64,000 nucleotides of DNA from Chloroflexota bacterium (GTDB lineage Bacteria; Chloroflexota; Limnocylindria; Limnocylindrales; CSP1-4), in assembly GCA_044506615.1 (NCBI GenBank), contig JBIQKJ010000005.1:67344-131343 (forward strand), given 5' to 3'. Below the pieces are notes generated by a model. The model was given only the letters and a program-made list of their open reading frames with translations. It did no database searches and was not told the origin of the DNA. This document shows, in pieces, positions 48,985-58,798 of the stretch (the first letter of the stretch is position 1; every line of letters begins with the position of its first letter). A program made the translations under genes and the position numbers.

Positions 48985-49982
48985 GCGGAGCGTTGCGCGG
49001 CGTCCCGGTCCTCGTGACCGGCGCCGACGGGTTCATCGGCAGCCACCTCGTCGAGCGCCTCGTCACCGAGGGCGCGTCGGTCCGCGCGTTCTGCGTCTAC
49101 AACTCGCGCGGGTCGGCCGGCTGGCTCGACACGGTCCCGGCCGAGGTTCGGCGGGCCTGCGACATCCGGCTCGGCGACGTGCGCGACGCCCGGTTCGTCG
49201 AGCGCGCCGCCGAGGGGATCGAGGTCGTCTTCCACCTCGCTGCGCTGATCGCGATCCCGTACTCCTACATCGCGGCCGAGTCGTTCGTCGAGACCAACGT
49301 GCGGGGCACGCTCAACGTCCTCGAGGCGGCCCGGCGGGCGGGGGTGCGCCGGCTCATCGAGACGTCCACGAGCGAGGTCTACGGAACCCCCGAGCACCTG
49401 CCGATCCGCGAGACGCACCCGCTCAATGCCCAGTCGCCGTACGCGGCGTCGAAGGTCGCCGCCGACCAGCTGTCGCTCGCCTTCCACCGCTCGTTCGACC
49501 TGCCGGTCGTCGTGCTGCGGCCGTTCAATACGTTCGGGCCGCGCCAGTCCGAGCGGGCCGTGCTCGCGACGATGCTCCGTCAGCTCCTCGACGGCCGGCC
49601 GGAGATCCGTCTCGGGCGGCTGGACACGCGGCGCGACATGACCTACGTCGCGGACACCGTCGACGGGTTCATCCGGGCGGCGACCGCCGATGGGATCGAC
49701 GGGCGCACGATTCAGCTCGGCACCGGGCGGACCGAATCGATCGGCGAGCTGCTGGCGATTGCGCGGCGGTTGACCGGCTCGAACGCCGAGGTCGTCGAGG
49801 ATGCCGACCGGCTGCGGCCCGACGCGAGCGAGGTCCTCGTCCTCCAATCCGACCCGACGCTCGCCCGCGAGCTGTTGGGCTGGGAGGCGCGGACGTCGCT
49901 CGAGGACGGGATCGCGGCGATGATCGACTGGCTGCGGTCGCAGCCGGCGTCGCCCGACGAGGTCGTGCGTGTCCAGCTCTGA
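48981..49982 (+). CDS. NAD-dependent extended SDR epimerase/dehydratase (candidate NDP-GlcNAc 4,6-dehydratase, LegB-like)
   Basis: VLVTGADGFIGSHL, YAASK catalytic motif; GTGA overlap with upstream gene. Confidence 0.8.
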   Translation: MSGALRGVPVLVTGADGFIGSHLVERLVTEGASVRAFCVYNSRGSAGWLDTVPAEVRRACDIRLGDVRDARFVERAAEGIEVVFHLAALIAIPYSYIAAESFVETNVRGTLNVLEAARRAGVRRLIETSTSEVYGTPEHLPIRETHPLNAQSPYAASKVAADQLSLAFHRSFDLPVVVLRPFNTFGPRQSERAVLATMLRQLLDGRPEIRLGRLDTRRDMTYVADTVDGFIRAATADGIDGRTIQLGTGRTESIGELLAIARRLTGSNAEVVEDADRLRPDASEVLVLQSDPTLARELLGWEARTSLEDGIAAMIDWLRSQPASPDEVVRVQL

Positions 49983-51138
49983 GGCCCGCACCCCCCAGGG
50001 ACGGATTCCGCTCGCGGAGCCGTCGATCGGCGGCAATGCGGCGCGGTACCTGGCCGAGTGCCTCGCGACCAACTTCGTGTCGTCGGTGGGGCCGTTCGTC
50101 GGGCGGTTCGAGGAGGAGTTCGCGCGCGCGGTCGGGGCCGGGCATGCGGTCGCCTGCGCGTCGGGGACGGCCGCGATCCACCTCGCGCTGCGCGTCCTCG
50201 ACGTCGGGCCCGGCGACGAGGTCCTCGTCCCCACGCTCACGTTCGTGGCGTCGGCCAACCCGGTCCGCTACGTCGGCGCCGAGCCCGTGCTCGTCGACGT
50301 CGAGCCCGAGACGTACAACCTCGATCCGGACGCGGTCGTTGCGGAGCTCGACCGGCGCTCCCGGACCGGCGAGCGGCAGCCCGCCGCCATCGAGGTCGTC
50401 CACCTGCTCGGGCATCCGGCCGCGATCGAGCCGGTCGTCGAGGCAGCCGAACGCCACGGTGTCCCGGTGGTCGAGGACGCGTCGGAGGCGCTCGGCGCGA
50501 CGTACCGCGGCGGTCGCTGGGACGGGCGCGCGGTCGGCACGATCGGGCGGGTGGGCTGCTTCAGCTTCAACGGCAACAAGCTCATCACGACCGGCGGGGG
50601 CGGGATGCTCGTCACCGACGACGAGGCGCTTGCCCGGCGCGCCCGCCACCTCTCCACGCAGGCCCGCCTGCCCGGGCCGGCCTACGACCACGACGAGGTC
50701 GGCTACAACTACCGGCTCTCGAACGTGGCGGCCGCCCTCGGGGTCGCCCAGCTCGAGCAGCTCGCGGATCTGCTCGCGGCGCGTCGACGCATCGCCGGCA
50801 GGTACGACGCCTGGATCGCCGGCCGTCCCGGGCTCGTCCCGGCGCCGCGCGCTCCGTGGGCCGACCCGTCGTTCTGGCTGTACACGACCGCCGCGGACCC
50901 CGACGCGACCGACTGCTCGCGCGACGACCTGCTCGCGGCGCTGGCCGCCGACGGGATCGAAGGCCGGCCGATCTGGACGCCGCTCCACCGGACCCGGCTG
51001 TACGCCGACGCCCGGCACATCGGCGGCGACACCGCGGACCGCATCTTCGCGCGCGCCTTCAGCCTGCCCTCGTCGTCGAGCCTGACGGACCTCCAGCAGG
51101 ACCGGGTCATGGCCGCGCTGGAGGCCGCGCTCCGGTGA
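49969..51138 (+). CDS. DegT/DnrJ/EryC1/StrS family PLP-dependent sugar aminotransferase (LegC/PseC-like)
   Basis: IPLAEPSIGG..., FSFNGNK PLP lysine motif. Confidence 0.85.
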   Translation: MSSSEARTPQGRIPLAEPSIGGNAARYLAECLATNFVSSVGPFVGRFEEEFARAVGAGHAVACASGTAAIHLALRVLDVGPGDEVLVPTLTFVASANPVRYVGAEPVLVDVEPETYNLDPDAVVAELDRRSRTGERQPAAIEVVHLLGHPAAIEPVVEAAERHGVPVVEDASEALGATYRGGRWDGRAVGTIGRVGCFSFNGNKLITTGGGGMLVTDDEALARRARHLSTQARLPGPAYDHDEVGYNYRLSNVAAALGVAQLEQLADLLAARRRIAGRYDAWIAGRPGLVPAPRAPWADPSFWLYTTAADPDATDCSRDDLLAALAADGIEGRPIWTPLHRTRLYADARHIGGDTADRIFARAFSLPSSSSLTDLQQDRVMAALEAALR

Positions 51139-51229
51139 CGGGGCGCCCCGCCTCGGCTGCGCCCGGCCGTTGCGGGACCGAGGTTGGGGTACGATACCGG
51201 CCCGTCCGTTGCCGGCTCCCTGCCGGCCC

Positions 51230-52978
51230 ATGCCAAAGGATCCTTCCTCGCCGATGACGTTTCGTGCCAAACCCGTCGTGAAGCGGTCGCGCCCGCAGTG
51301 GGAGTCGCAGGACCGCCGGACCTTCCTGACGAACCTCGCCTTCGGGCTCGTGATCGTGGCCGCGATCGTGATCCTCCTGATCGCCGTCGCCTTCACCTGG
51401 TACAACGATCACCTCGCCCCCGTCGGCAGCGTCGACGGGCAGACGATCACCCGGGACGAGCTCAACACCCGGATGCGGATCGAGGAGTGGCGCCTCGACG
51501 AGACGCTGCGGCGCATCTCGACCCAGGCGGCCGCCGGCCGGCTGACCGAGGAGGAGGCCAGCAGCCAGCGCAGCCTCGTCGACGCGCAGCGCCAGTCGCT
51601 CGACGCGATTGCGCTCGAGCGGATCATCGACAATCGGCTCCAGGCGAGGCTGGCCGGGGAGGAAGGGATCGCGGTCGCCGACGCCGACGTCGACGCCAAG
51701 CTCCTCGAGGAGGCGACGACGCCCGAGGCACGGCACGCGTGGGTCATCGAGGTCGAGCCAGCGGTCAGCGACGGCGCGACCGAGCCGACCGCCGCCCAGG
51801 TGGCCGACGCCCGTCGCACGGCCGAGGCCGCGCTCGCCGATCTGCGCGCCGGCAAGGCCTGGGAGGACGTGGCGAAGACCGTCTCGACCGACGCGTCGAC
51901 GCGCGAGCAGGGCGGCGACCTCGGCTGGATCCAGGCCGAGGACGCGAGCCTCGACCCGGCGTTCGTCGCCGCGCTGTTCGAGCTCGAGCCGAACGCCCCG
52001 AGCGAGGTCCTCGAGGGCGACGACGGCACGTTCCGCATCGGCCGGGTGAGCGAGGTGGCCGCCGAGTCCGTCGACGACCTGTACACGACGAAGCTGCAGA
52101 ACGACGGGGTCGACCTTGCCGCGTACCGCGAGGTCGTCCGGGGCGACGTGCTCCGCGACAAGCTCGAGGAGAAGATCGTCGCCGACGTCATCAAGCCGGG
52201 GCCCCAGCGGCGCGTCCAGGAGATCTTCATCCAGGACCCGCAGTCGGAGGTGCCCGAGGGCTCGCTCAAGGTCCGCCACATCCTCTACTCGCCGAACGAC
52301 GAGCCCAGCCCGACGACCCCGCTGCCCAGCGACGATCCCTCCTGGGAGGAGGCCGAGTCCGAGGCGCGCGACGCCTACGAGCGGCTCCAGGCCGACCCCG
52401 ACCTGTTCGACGAGATCGCTCGAACCGAGAGCGACGAGGACGTCGCGCTCGGGCCGACCGGCACGGGCGGCAAGCTCGGCGGCTACGTTGCCCCCGAGGA
52501 CAACCTGGTCCAGGAGTTCCTCGACGCGATCTTCGCCGACGGCGTCGAGGAGGGCGAGATCCTCGAGCCGGTCCGGACGCAGTTCGGGTGGCACGTCATC
52601 CAGGTGATGTACGGCCCGCCGGACATCGACCAGATGGAGAAGATCAAGCGCGAGGCGGATGCCGGCGCGAGCTTCGCCCAGCTCGCCCGCGACTTCTCGG
52701 AGTCCGACACGGCCGGCAACGGCGGCGAGGTCGGCTGGATCGCCCGGGGTCAGCTCGACGACCAGCTCACGGTCGCGATCTTCGGCGCGAAGGTCGGCGA
52801 GACGACCCAGATCGTGGAGGTGGAGGGCGACGGCCTGTACCTGTACAAGGTGCTCGAGGAGGAGACGCGCACGCCGCAGGGCCGCCAGCTCGAGCAGCTC
52901 CGCTCGACCGCGTTCAACGACTGGTACACCGAGAAGAAGGACGCGGCCGAGATCGTGCGCTTCGGCGACGCCGGGTAG
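51230..52978 (+). CDS. Membrane-anchored parvulin-type peptidyl-prolyl cis-trans isomerase (PrsA/SurA-like, two PpiC domains)
   Basis: N-terminal TM anchor; LKVRHILY... and GWHVIQV parvulin motifs. Confidence 0.75.
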   Translation: MPKDPSSPMTFRAKPVVKRSRPQWESQDRRTFLTNLAFGLVIVAAIVILLIAVAFTWYNDHLAPVGSVDGQTITRDELNTRMRIEEWRLDETLRRISTQAAAGRLTEEEASSQRSLVDAQRQSLDAIALERIIDNRLQARLAGEEGIAVADADVDAKLLEEATTPEARHAWVIEVEPAVSDGATEPTAAQVADARRTAEAALADLRAGKAWEDVAKTVSTDASTREQGGDLGWIQAEDASLDPAFVAALFELEPNAPSEVLEGDDGTFRIGRVSEVAAESVDDLYTTKLQNDGVDLAAYREVVRGDVLRDKLEEKIVADVIKPGPQRRVQEIFIQDPQSEVPEGSLKVRHILYSPNDEPSPTTPLPSDDPSWEEAESEARDAYERLQADPDLFDEIARTESDEDVALGPTGTGGKLGGYVAPEDNLVQEFLDAIFADGVEEGEILEPVRTQFGWHVIQVMYGPPDIDQMEKIKREADAGASFAQLARDFSESDTAGNGGEVGWIARGQLDDQLTVAIFGAKVGETTQIVEVEGDGLYLYKVLEEETRTPQGRQLEQLRSTAFNDWYTEKKDAAEIVRFGDAG

Positions 52979-52981
52979 GCC

Positions 52982-54154
52982 GTGCTGGACGCCCTCGTCG
53001 CCGAGGCACGGCTGCGCTGGGGGCTCGATCTCGCCGCCGGCCTCCAGGTGGTCGCCACCGAGCGACTCGTGGCGACCCCGGTCGAGCCGTCGCGGCCGCT
53101 CCTGCTCATCCCGCTCGCGGTGCTGCGGGTGAACGGCGAGGCCGCCGCGTCCGAGGTCGAGCCGCTGCCCGGCCGACACGGACCGGCGGGTCGCGACGCG
53201 CTTCGCCTGCTCGCGCGGCTCTACCCGTCCGAGCACGCGGTCGGGCGGTTCGGCGTCGAGGAGGGCACCACGGTGGGGGCGCTGGACGCGACGGCGCTCG
53301 GCGGGCCGCTCTACCTGAGCCCGGTCGCCCCGGAGCTCGCGGTCGCCGGTCCGTGGGCGATGCCCTGGATCTCGGACCGGCTGCGCCGCCCGGACGGCTG
53401 CCCCTGGGACCGCGAGCAGACCCATGCGTCGCTCCGCAAGCACCTGCTCGAGGAGACGTACGAGGTCTACGATGCGCTCGAGGCGGGCGCCACGCCCGAC
53501 CTCGCCGAGGAGCTCGGCGACCTGCTGCTCCAGGTCGTGCTCCATGCGCAGCTCGCGGCCGAGGCCGGCGTGTTCGACCTCGCCGACGTGCAGGCATCGA
53601 TCGCCTCGAAGATCGTCCGGCGGCACCCGCACGTCTTCGGCGAGGCCGAGGCCCGCACTGCCTCCGACGTGAACCGGCAGTGGGAGCGGATCAAGGCCGA
53701 CGAGCGGGCAGCGGCCAGCGCGGCCGGCGCCGCCGACGCAGGTGGCGAAGCGCAGCCGGCGAAGAGCGCGCTCGACGGGATCAGCCCGTCGATGCCGGCG
53801 CTCGCCGCGAGCCAGGAGATGCAGGAGCGGGCCGCGAACCTCGGCTACGACTGGCCGTCGATCGACGGCGTGCTCGACAAGGTCGTCGAGGAGGTCGGCG
53901 AGCTGCGCGAGGCGCCCGACGACTCCGCGTGGGCCGAGGAGTTCGGGGACCTGCTGTTCGTCCTCGTGAACGTCGCCCGCAAGCACGGCATCGAGGCCGA
54001 GGCCGCGGTCCGGGCGGCCAACGACAAGTTCCGCCGCCGCTTCCGGAGCGTCGAGCGCCAGGCCGCCGAGCGCGGTGTGGCGCTGCGCGAGCTGGACTTC
54101 GCGGCGCTCGACGAGCTGTGGGATGCCGCCAAGGCGGAGGAGACGACACGATGA
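52982..54154 (+). CDS. mazG: MazG-family nucleoside triphosphate pyrophosphohydrolase
   Basis: Two MazG EExxE/EExGD helices ([20 protein letters not shown]). Confidence 0.8.
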   Translation: MLDALVAEARLRWGLDLAAGLQVVATERLVATPVEPSRPLLLIPLAVLRVNGEAAASEVEPLPGRHGPAGRDALRLLARLYPSEHAVGRFGVEEGTTVGALDATALGGPLYLSPVAPELAVAGPWAMPWISDRLRRPDGCPWDREQTHASLRKHLLEETYEVYDALEAGATPDLAEELGDLLLQVVLHAQLAAEAGVFDLADVQASIASKIVRRHPHVFGEAEARTASDVNRQWERIKADERAAASAAGAADAGGEAQPAKSALDGISPSMPALAASQEMQERAANLGYDWPSIDGVLDKVVEEVGELREAPDDSAWAEEFGDLLFVLVNVARKHGIEAEAAVRAANDKFRRRFRSVERQAAERGVALRELDFAALDELWDAAKAEETTR

Positions 54155-54888
54155 CGATCGGGAACCGCCCGCCGACGGTCCGCAGCGACGGCCGCGGCCC
54201 GAACGACCTGCGGCCGGTGAGCTTCCAGCTCGGCGTCCAGAAGTGGGCCGAAGGCTCGTGCCTGATCAAGGTCGGCGACACGCAGGTGCTGTGCGCCGCG
54301 ACGATCGCGGACCGCGTCCCGCCCCACCTCCGCGGCAAGGGCACGGGCTGGGTGACCGCCGAGTACTCGATGCTGCCCCGGGCGACCGCCGAGCGCACGG
54401 ACCGCGAGTCGTCGAAGGGCCGCGTCGGTGGGCGCACCCACGAGATCCAGCGGCTGATCGGGCGCTCGCTGCGCGGCGTCGTCGACCTGTCGCGGCTCGG
54501 GGAGCGCACGGTCACCGTCGACTGCGACGTGCTCCAGGCCGACGGCGGCACGCGCACCGCCTCGATCACCGGCGGCTACGTTGCGCTCGCCGCGGCGCTG
54601 ATCACGTACGGCATGGAGCGGCTGCTCGTCGCGAAGATCGCTGCGGTCTCGGTCGGGATCGTCGGCGGCACGCCCTACCTCGACCTCGACTACTCGGAGG
54701 ATTCGCGGGCGGAGGTCGACTTCAACGTCGTCGGCACCGACGCGGGCACGTACGTCGAGCTGCAGGGCACGGCCGAGGGCCGGCCGTTCGACCGAGCCGC
54801 CGCGAACAACCTGTTCGACCTCGCCGACGCCGGGCTCGCCCGGCTGTTCGAGGCACAGGCCGCCGTTCTCGCCACCGTCCGGCGGTGA
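54151..54888 (+). CDS. rph: Ribonuclease PH
   Basis: ATGA overlap with mazG; [28 protein letters not shown]..., 245 aa. Confidence 0.9.
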   Translation: MTIGNRPPTVRSDGRGPNDLRPVSFQLGVQKWAEGSCLIKVGDTQVLCAATIADRVPPHLRGKGTGWVTAEYSMLPRATAERTDRESSKGRVGGRTHEIQRLIGRSLRGVVDLSRLGERTVTVDCDVLQADGGTRTASITGGYVALAAALITYGMERLLVAKIAAVSVGIVGGTPYLDLDYSEDSRAEVDFNVVGTDAGTYVELQGTAEGRPFDRAAANNLFDLADAGLARLFEAQAAVLATVRR

Positions 54889-55565
54889 GCGACGCGGCCG
54901 GCGGGCCGGCCCCCGTGGCGCCCGTCGGGGAGCGTCGACGGCTCGTGATCGCCACACGATCTGCGCACAAGCTGCGTGAGCTGCGCGAGCTGCTCGCGCT
55001 CGAGCGGACCGAGCTCGTCTCGCTCGACGAGCTGGGCGTCCCCGGCGACCCGATCGAGGACGGCCGGACGTTCGAGACGAATGCTCGGATCAAGGCGCGC
55101 TTCGCGTACGCCGCGACCGGGCTGCCGTCGCTCGCCGACGATTCGGGGATCGAGGTCGATGCGCTCGGGGGCGGTCCGGGCGTTCGCACTCGGCGCTACG
55201 CCGGTGAGGACGCGACCGACGAGGACAACAACACGAAGCTGCTCGACGCGCTCGGCGAGCTGCCGCCCGAGGCGCGTGGCGCCCGGTACGTGTGCGTGCT
55301 CGCGCTGGCGCTGCCACCCCCGGATGGAGCCGGGCCGACCGCGCGCCCACGGATCCTGACCGCGCGCGGCACGTGCCGCGGCCGGATCGCCCGCGCGCCG
55401 AAGGGCACCGGCGGGTTCGGCTACGACCCGATCTTCGAGCCCGCGTCGGAGCCGCCCGGCGGCCGGACGCTCGGCCTGTGGTCGCCGGCCGAGAAGCACG
55501 CGATCTCGCACCGTGCCCGTGCGGCGCGGCGGATGGCCGGGCGGCTCGCGGCGCTCGGGTTCTGA
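54885..55565 (+). CDS. rdgB: Non-canonical purine NTP pyrophosphatase (RdgB/HAM1 family)
   Basis: GTGA overlap with rph; ...FGYDPIF... motif. Confidence 0.85.
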   Translation: MSDAAGGPAPVAPVGERRRLVIATRSAHKLRELRELLALERTELVSLDELGVPGDPIEDGRTFETNARIKARFAYAATGLPSLADDSGIEVDALGGGPGVRTRRYAGEDATDEDNNTKLLDALGELPPEARGARYVCVLALALPPPDGAGPTARPRILTARGTCRGRIARAPKGTGGFGYDPIFEPASEPPGGRTLGLWSPAEKHAISHRARAARRMAGRLAALGF

Positions 55566-55567
55566 CC

Positions 55568-56152
55568 GTGCACGAGTTGCGCCGGATCTGCGTGTTCTGC
55601 GGCGCGAGTGCCGGCGGCGATCCCTCGCATGCGGCCCTGGCCAGGTCGGTCGGCACAGACCTCGCGCGGCGCGGCATCGGCGTCGTGTACGGCGGCGGTC
55701 GGGTCGGGCTGATGGGCGAGCTGGCCGGCGCGGCGCTGGCGGCCGGCGGCGAGGTGATCGGGGTCATCCCACAGGCGCTCGTCGACCGCGAGCTCGCGCA
55801 CCCGGGCGCCACCGAGATGCGGGTCGTCGGCTCGCTCCACGAGCGCAAGGCCGAGATGGCCCGGCTCGCCGACGCGTTCATCGCGCTGCCGGGCGGGCTC
55901 GGGACGCTCGAGGAGCTGGCCGAGGTCGCTTCGTGGGCCCAGCTCGACCTCCACGACAAGCCGATCGGCGTCCTGGGCGGGCGCTACTGGGCGCCGCTCC
56001 TCGGCTGGCTGGATCAGGCGGTGGCCGAGGGGTTCATCCCGCCGACGCATCGCCGGCTCGTGCTCGAGGCCGAGGACCTCGGGGCGCTGCTCGAGGCGTT
56101 CGCGGGGTGGGTCGCGCCGCGCGGCCGCTGGGAGGAGCCGGCGCCGAGTTAG
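55568..56152 (+). CDS. LOG family protein (cytokinin riboside 5'-monophosphate phosphoribohydrolase-like, TIGR00730)
   Basis: VFCGAS...GGGxxGLMG...PGGxGTLEE motifs. Confidence 0.8.
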   Translation: MHELRRICVFCGASAGGDPSHAALARSVGTDLARRGIGVVYGGGRVGLMGELAGAALAAGGEVIGVIPQALVDRELAHPGATEMRVVGSLHERKAEMARLADAFIALPGGLGTLEELAEVASWAQLDLHDKPIGVLGGRYWAPLLGWLDQAVAEGFIPPTHRRLVLEAEDLGALLEAFAGWVAPRGRWEEPAPS

Positions 56153-56280
56153 CGGGCGCGGGGCGCGGAGGCCCGGGTCGGGCCGGCCGGGTCGGGCCGG
56201 CCGGGTGGGCCAGGCCCCGACCCAGTTCGGCCCTCGGCCCCGCCAGTTCGGCCCTCGGCCCCAGCCCCCACTTCGGCCCC

Positions 56281-56950
56281 CACTTCGGTCCGAGCGAAGC
56301 CGTCAGCACATTCGTGCGTGGCTACCCGTCGTTCCGGCCAGGATCGCGGCCGCGTCCTGCACGAATGTTGCGAGCGCTTCGGTGCGAGCGAAGTGCCGGG
56401 TCCGCGAAGAAGGCGTGCCCTCGGCCCCCGCTCCCACTTCGGGCCCCACTTCGGTCCGAGCGAAGCCGTCAGCACATTCGTGCGCGACCACCCGTCGTCT
56501 TGGTCAGAATCGCGGTCGCGGCCTGCATGAATGTTGCGAGCGCTTCGGTGCGAGCGAAGTGCCGGGTCCGCGAAGAAGGGCGTGCCGCCCGGCCCCAGCC
56601 CCCACTTCGGCCCCCACTTCGGTCCGAGCGAAGCCGTCAGCACATTCGTGCGTGGCTACCCGTCGTTTCGGCCAGGATCGCGGTCGCAGCCTGCACGAAT
56701 GTTGCGAGCGCTTCGGTGCGAGCGAAGTGCCGGGTCTGCGAAGGAGGCGTGCCCCCGGTCCCGGCCGCCACTTCGGGCCCCGCCCCCACTTCGGCCCCCG
56801 GCCCCAGCCCTCACTTCGGCCCCCGGCCCCAGCCCTCACTTCGGTCCGAGCGAAGCCGTCAGCACATTCGTGCGTGGCTACCCGTCGTTTCGGCCAGGAT
56901 CGCGGTCGCAGCGTGCACGAATGTTGCGAGCGCTTCGGTGCGAGCGAAGT
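56281..56950 (+). repeat. Cluster 4: four tandem copies of the ~113-bp structured palindromic element (56281-56394, 56447-56560, 56616-56728, 56836-56950; periods 166/169/220 bp) separated by CCCCACTTCGGCCCC-type GC-rich linkers
   Basis: Each: CACTTCGGTCCGAGCGAAG hairpin, ACATTCGTGCGTGG, centre, CCTGCACGAATGTTGCG, CGCTTCGGTGCGAGCGAAGTG hairpin. Confidence 0.85.
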
Positions 56951-57002
56951 GCCGGGTCCGCGAAGGAGGCGCGCCGCCCCGCTCACGCGACCGGGCGCGC
57001 CG

Positions 57003-58496
57003 TCAGGGTGACGCCGACGGCCGGGGCCACGGCACCGGCGTCTCGCCGGGGGCCGGGAAGAGCCTGGCGGCGATCCGCCGGATCCGCTCGAGATCCGGCA
57101 CGAGCGACGAGCCGTACTGGGTGTCCTCCGACCGGACGAGCGGGTGCCGGATCACGGCCCGAACGATGTCCCGTCGCTTCACGCCGTCCATCGTGACCGC
57201 CATCTCGGGGAGCGCATCGATCGGGATGTCGGTGCTCGCCGCGTCGCCGACCGCGTCGAGGAGGTCGGGCAGATCGAACAGGAGACTCGAGCCGCTGGTC
57301 GCCTTCTCCGCGAGCGCGACGATGATCTCCTGCTGGCGCGCCGCGCGCGTGAAGTCGCTCTCGCCGTCGGCCTTGCGGGCCCGCGCGTAGGCGAGCGCGT
57401 TTGCGCCGTCGAGGTGGTGGCGGCCCTCGGTGATCGACCATGTCCGGGGCCTCCCGGGGATGCCGAACCCGTCATAGCGTGCGCTGAACCCACGGTCGAC
57501 CTCGACCTCGACGCCACCGACCGCGTCGACCATGTCGATGAAGCCGACGAAGTCCATCCGGGCGTAGTAGTGGATCGGGATGCCGAGCAGCGCGCCGAGC
57601 GCGTCCTCGAGCGTGCGCATCGGGCCCTTCGGGAAGAGGTCCGGGTTGCGCTCGGCGTAGCCGTAGAGCGAGTTGATCTTCGGGCCGTACGCGTCGCCGT
57701 TGCCGAGCGGGACGCCGACCAGGTCGCGCGGGATCGAGACCATCGAGACGGTCTTCCCGACCGGATCGAGCGAGGCGACGATCATCGTGTCGGTCAGGGT
57801 GGCCGGCCGCTTCGGTGTCTTGTCGATGCCGACGATCAGGATGTTGATCCGCTCGCCGGGCCCGGGCTGCGGGCCGCCGGCCGCCTCGCCGCCGCCGAGC
57901 GTCCCGCCGGCGAAGATCCGCGCGAACGCGCTCTGCGCCGCGCCGCCGACCTGCCAGGCATAGGCGTGCGGGGCGAGCACCGCGACCATGAGCACGACGA
58001 GCCCGACGAACCCGAGCCGTCCCGGGATCGCCGGGTAGCGACGGTCGAAGAACGCGTGCCCGACCGCGAACAGCCGCCAGGCCAGCACGACGACGTTGAG
58101 GACGAGCAGCGCCTGCAGGACCGACGGGGAGATGGCCCACGCGGCGAGCCGCATCGGCCCCTGCCACTGGAGGAGGAGCCATAGGAGTCCGGCCAGGAGC
58201 AGCGAGGGAACGAGCAGCCAGGCCGCCAGCCGGAGCCGGCGGTTGGCCGCCTGGCCGAGCCCGGGCACGAACGCCGACAGCAGCCCGGCGCCGAGCCGGC
58301 GCAGGTCGCGGATCCGCTCGTCCCGCCGGGCCGGTTCGGCCGGCTGGTCCGTCGTCTCGGCGTCGGTCCGCCGCACGCGCGCCGACGGGTTCGACGCGGC
58401 CGTGGCCGACGCGGACGCCGGGAGCGGACGCGCAGCGGGCGACCGCCGCGGCTCGCGACGCGGGTTCGGCGGCATGGGTCGAGCGTGGTTGGTCAT
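57003..58496 (-). CDS. LytR-CpsA-Psr (LCP) family glycopolymer-peptidoglycan ligase
   Basis: N-terminal TM, LCP core (INILIVGID...D...SIPRD...), C-terminal LytR_C-like region; start could be a downstream Met. Confidence 0.8.
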   Translation of the reverse strand: MTNHARPMPPNPRREPRRSPAARPLPASASATAASNPSARVRRTDAETTDQPAEPARRDERIRDLRRLGAGLLSAFVPGLGQAANRRLRLAAWLLVPSLLLAGLLWLLLQWQGPMRLAAWAISPSVLQALLVLNVVVLAWRLFAVGHAFFDRRYPAIPGRLGFVGLVVLMVAVLAPHAYAWQVGGAAQSAFARIFAGGTLGGGEAAGGPQPGPGERINILIVGIDKTPKRPATLTDTMIVASLDPVGKTVSMVSIPRDLVGVPLGNGDAYGPKINSLYGYAERNPDLFPKGPMRTLEDALGALLGIPIHYYARMDFVGFIDMVDAVGGVEVEVDRGFSARYDGFGIPGRPRTWSITEGRHHLDGANALAYARARKADGESDFTRAARQQEIIVALAEKATSGSSLLFDLPDLLDAVGDAASTDIPIDALPEMAVTMDGVKRRDIVRAVIRHPLVRSEDTQYGSSLVPDLERIRRIAARLFPAPGETPVPWPRPSASP

Positions 58497-58683
58497 TCGG
58501 TCAGGTCAGGGGAGATGCCGGCGCGATCGTACGCCGCCGGACATGGGGACGCCGGACGATCGATCAGCCTGCCAGAGATCGCCCGGCGTCTGGTCCTGTG
58601 ACGCGCGGGCCCCGGACGGCGTGACGCGCGGCGGACGGTGGCGATTGCGACCTCGGGTATCCTGCTCGCGCGGTCCTGCACTT

Positions 58684-58759
58684 CGGGGAGTGGCGTAGTT
58701 GGCAACGCACGTGCTTTGGGAGCACGAGATCGCGGGTTCGAGTCCCGCCTCCCCGACCA
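58684..58759 (+). tRNA. tRNA-Pro (anticodon TGG)
   Basis: Manual cloverleaf fold: acceptor CGGGGAG/CTCCCCG, D-arm GCGT-AGTTGGCA-ACGC, anticodon stem CGTGC/GCACG with loop TTTGGGA, T-arm GCGGG-TTCGAGT-CCCGC, discriminator A, encoded CCA. Confidence 0.85.
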
Positions 58760-58798
58760 TCGACCGCCGCCGCCGCCGCGGCTCCGCCCCATGAACCG

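Noticed and set aside
14495-56950. Considered whether the clustered repeats are CRISPR arrays
   Set aside because: Units are ~113 bp with internal inverted repeats. The intervening segments are themselves repetitive and of variable length (50-110 bp). There is no leader/cas context, and the same element recurs at four distant loci, which is not CRISPR-like.
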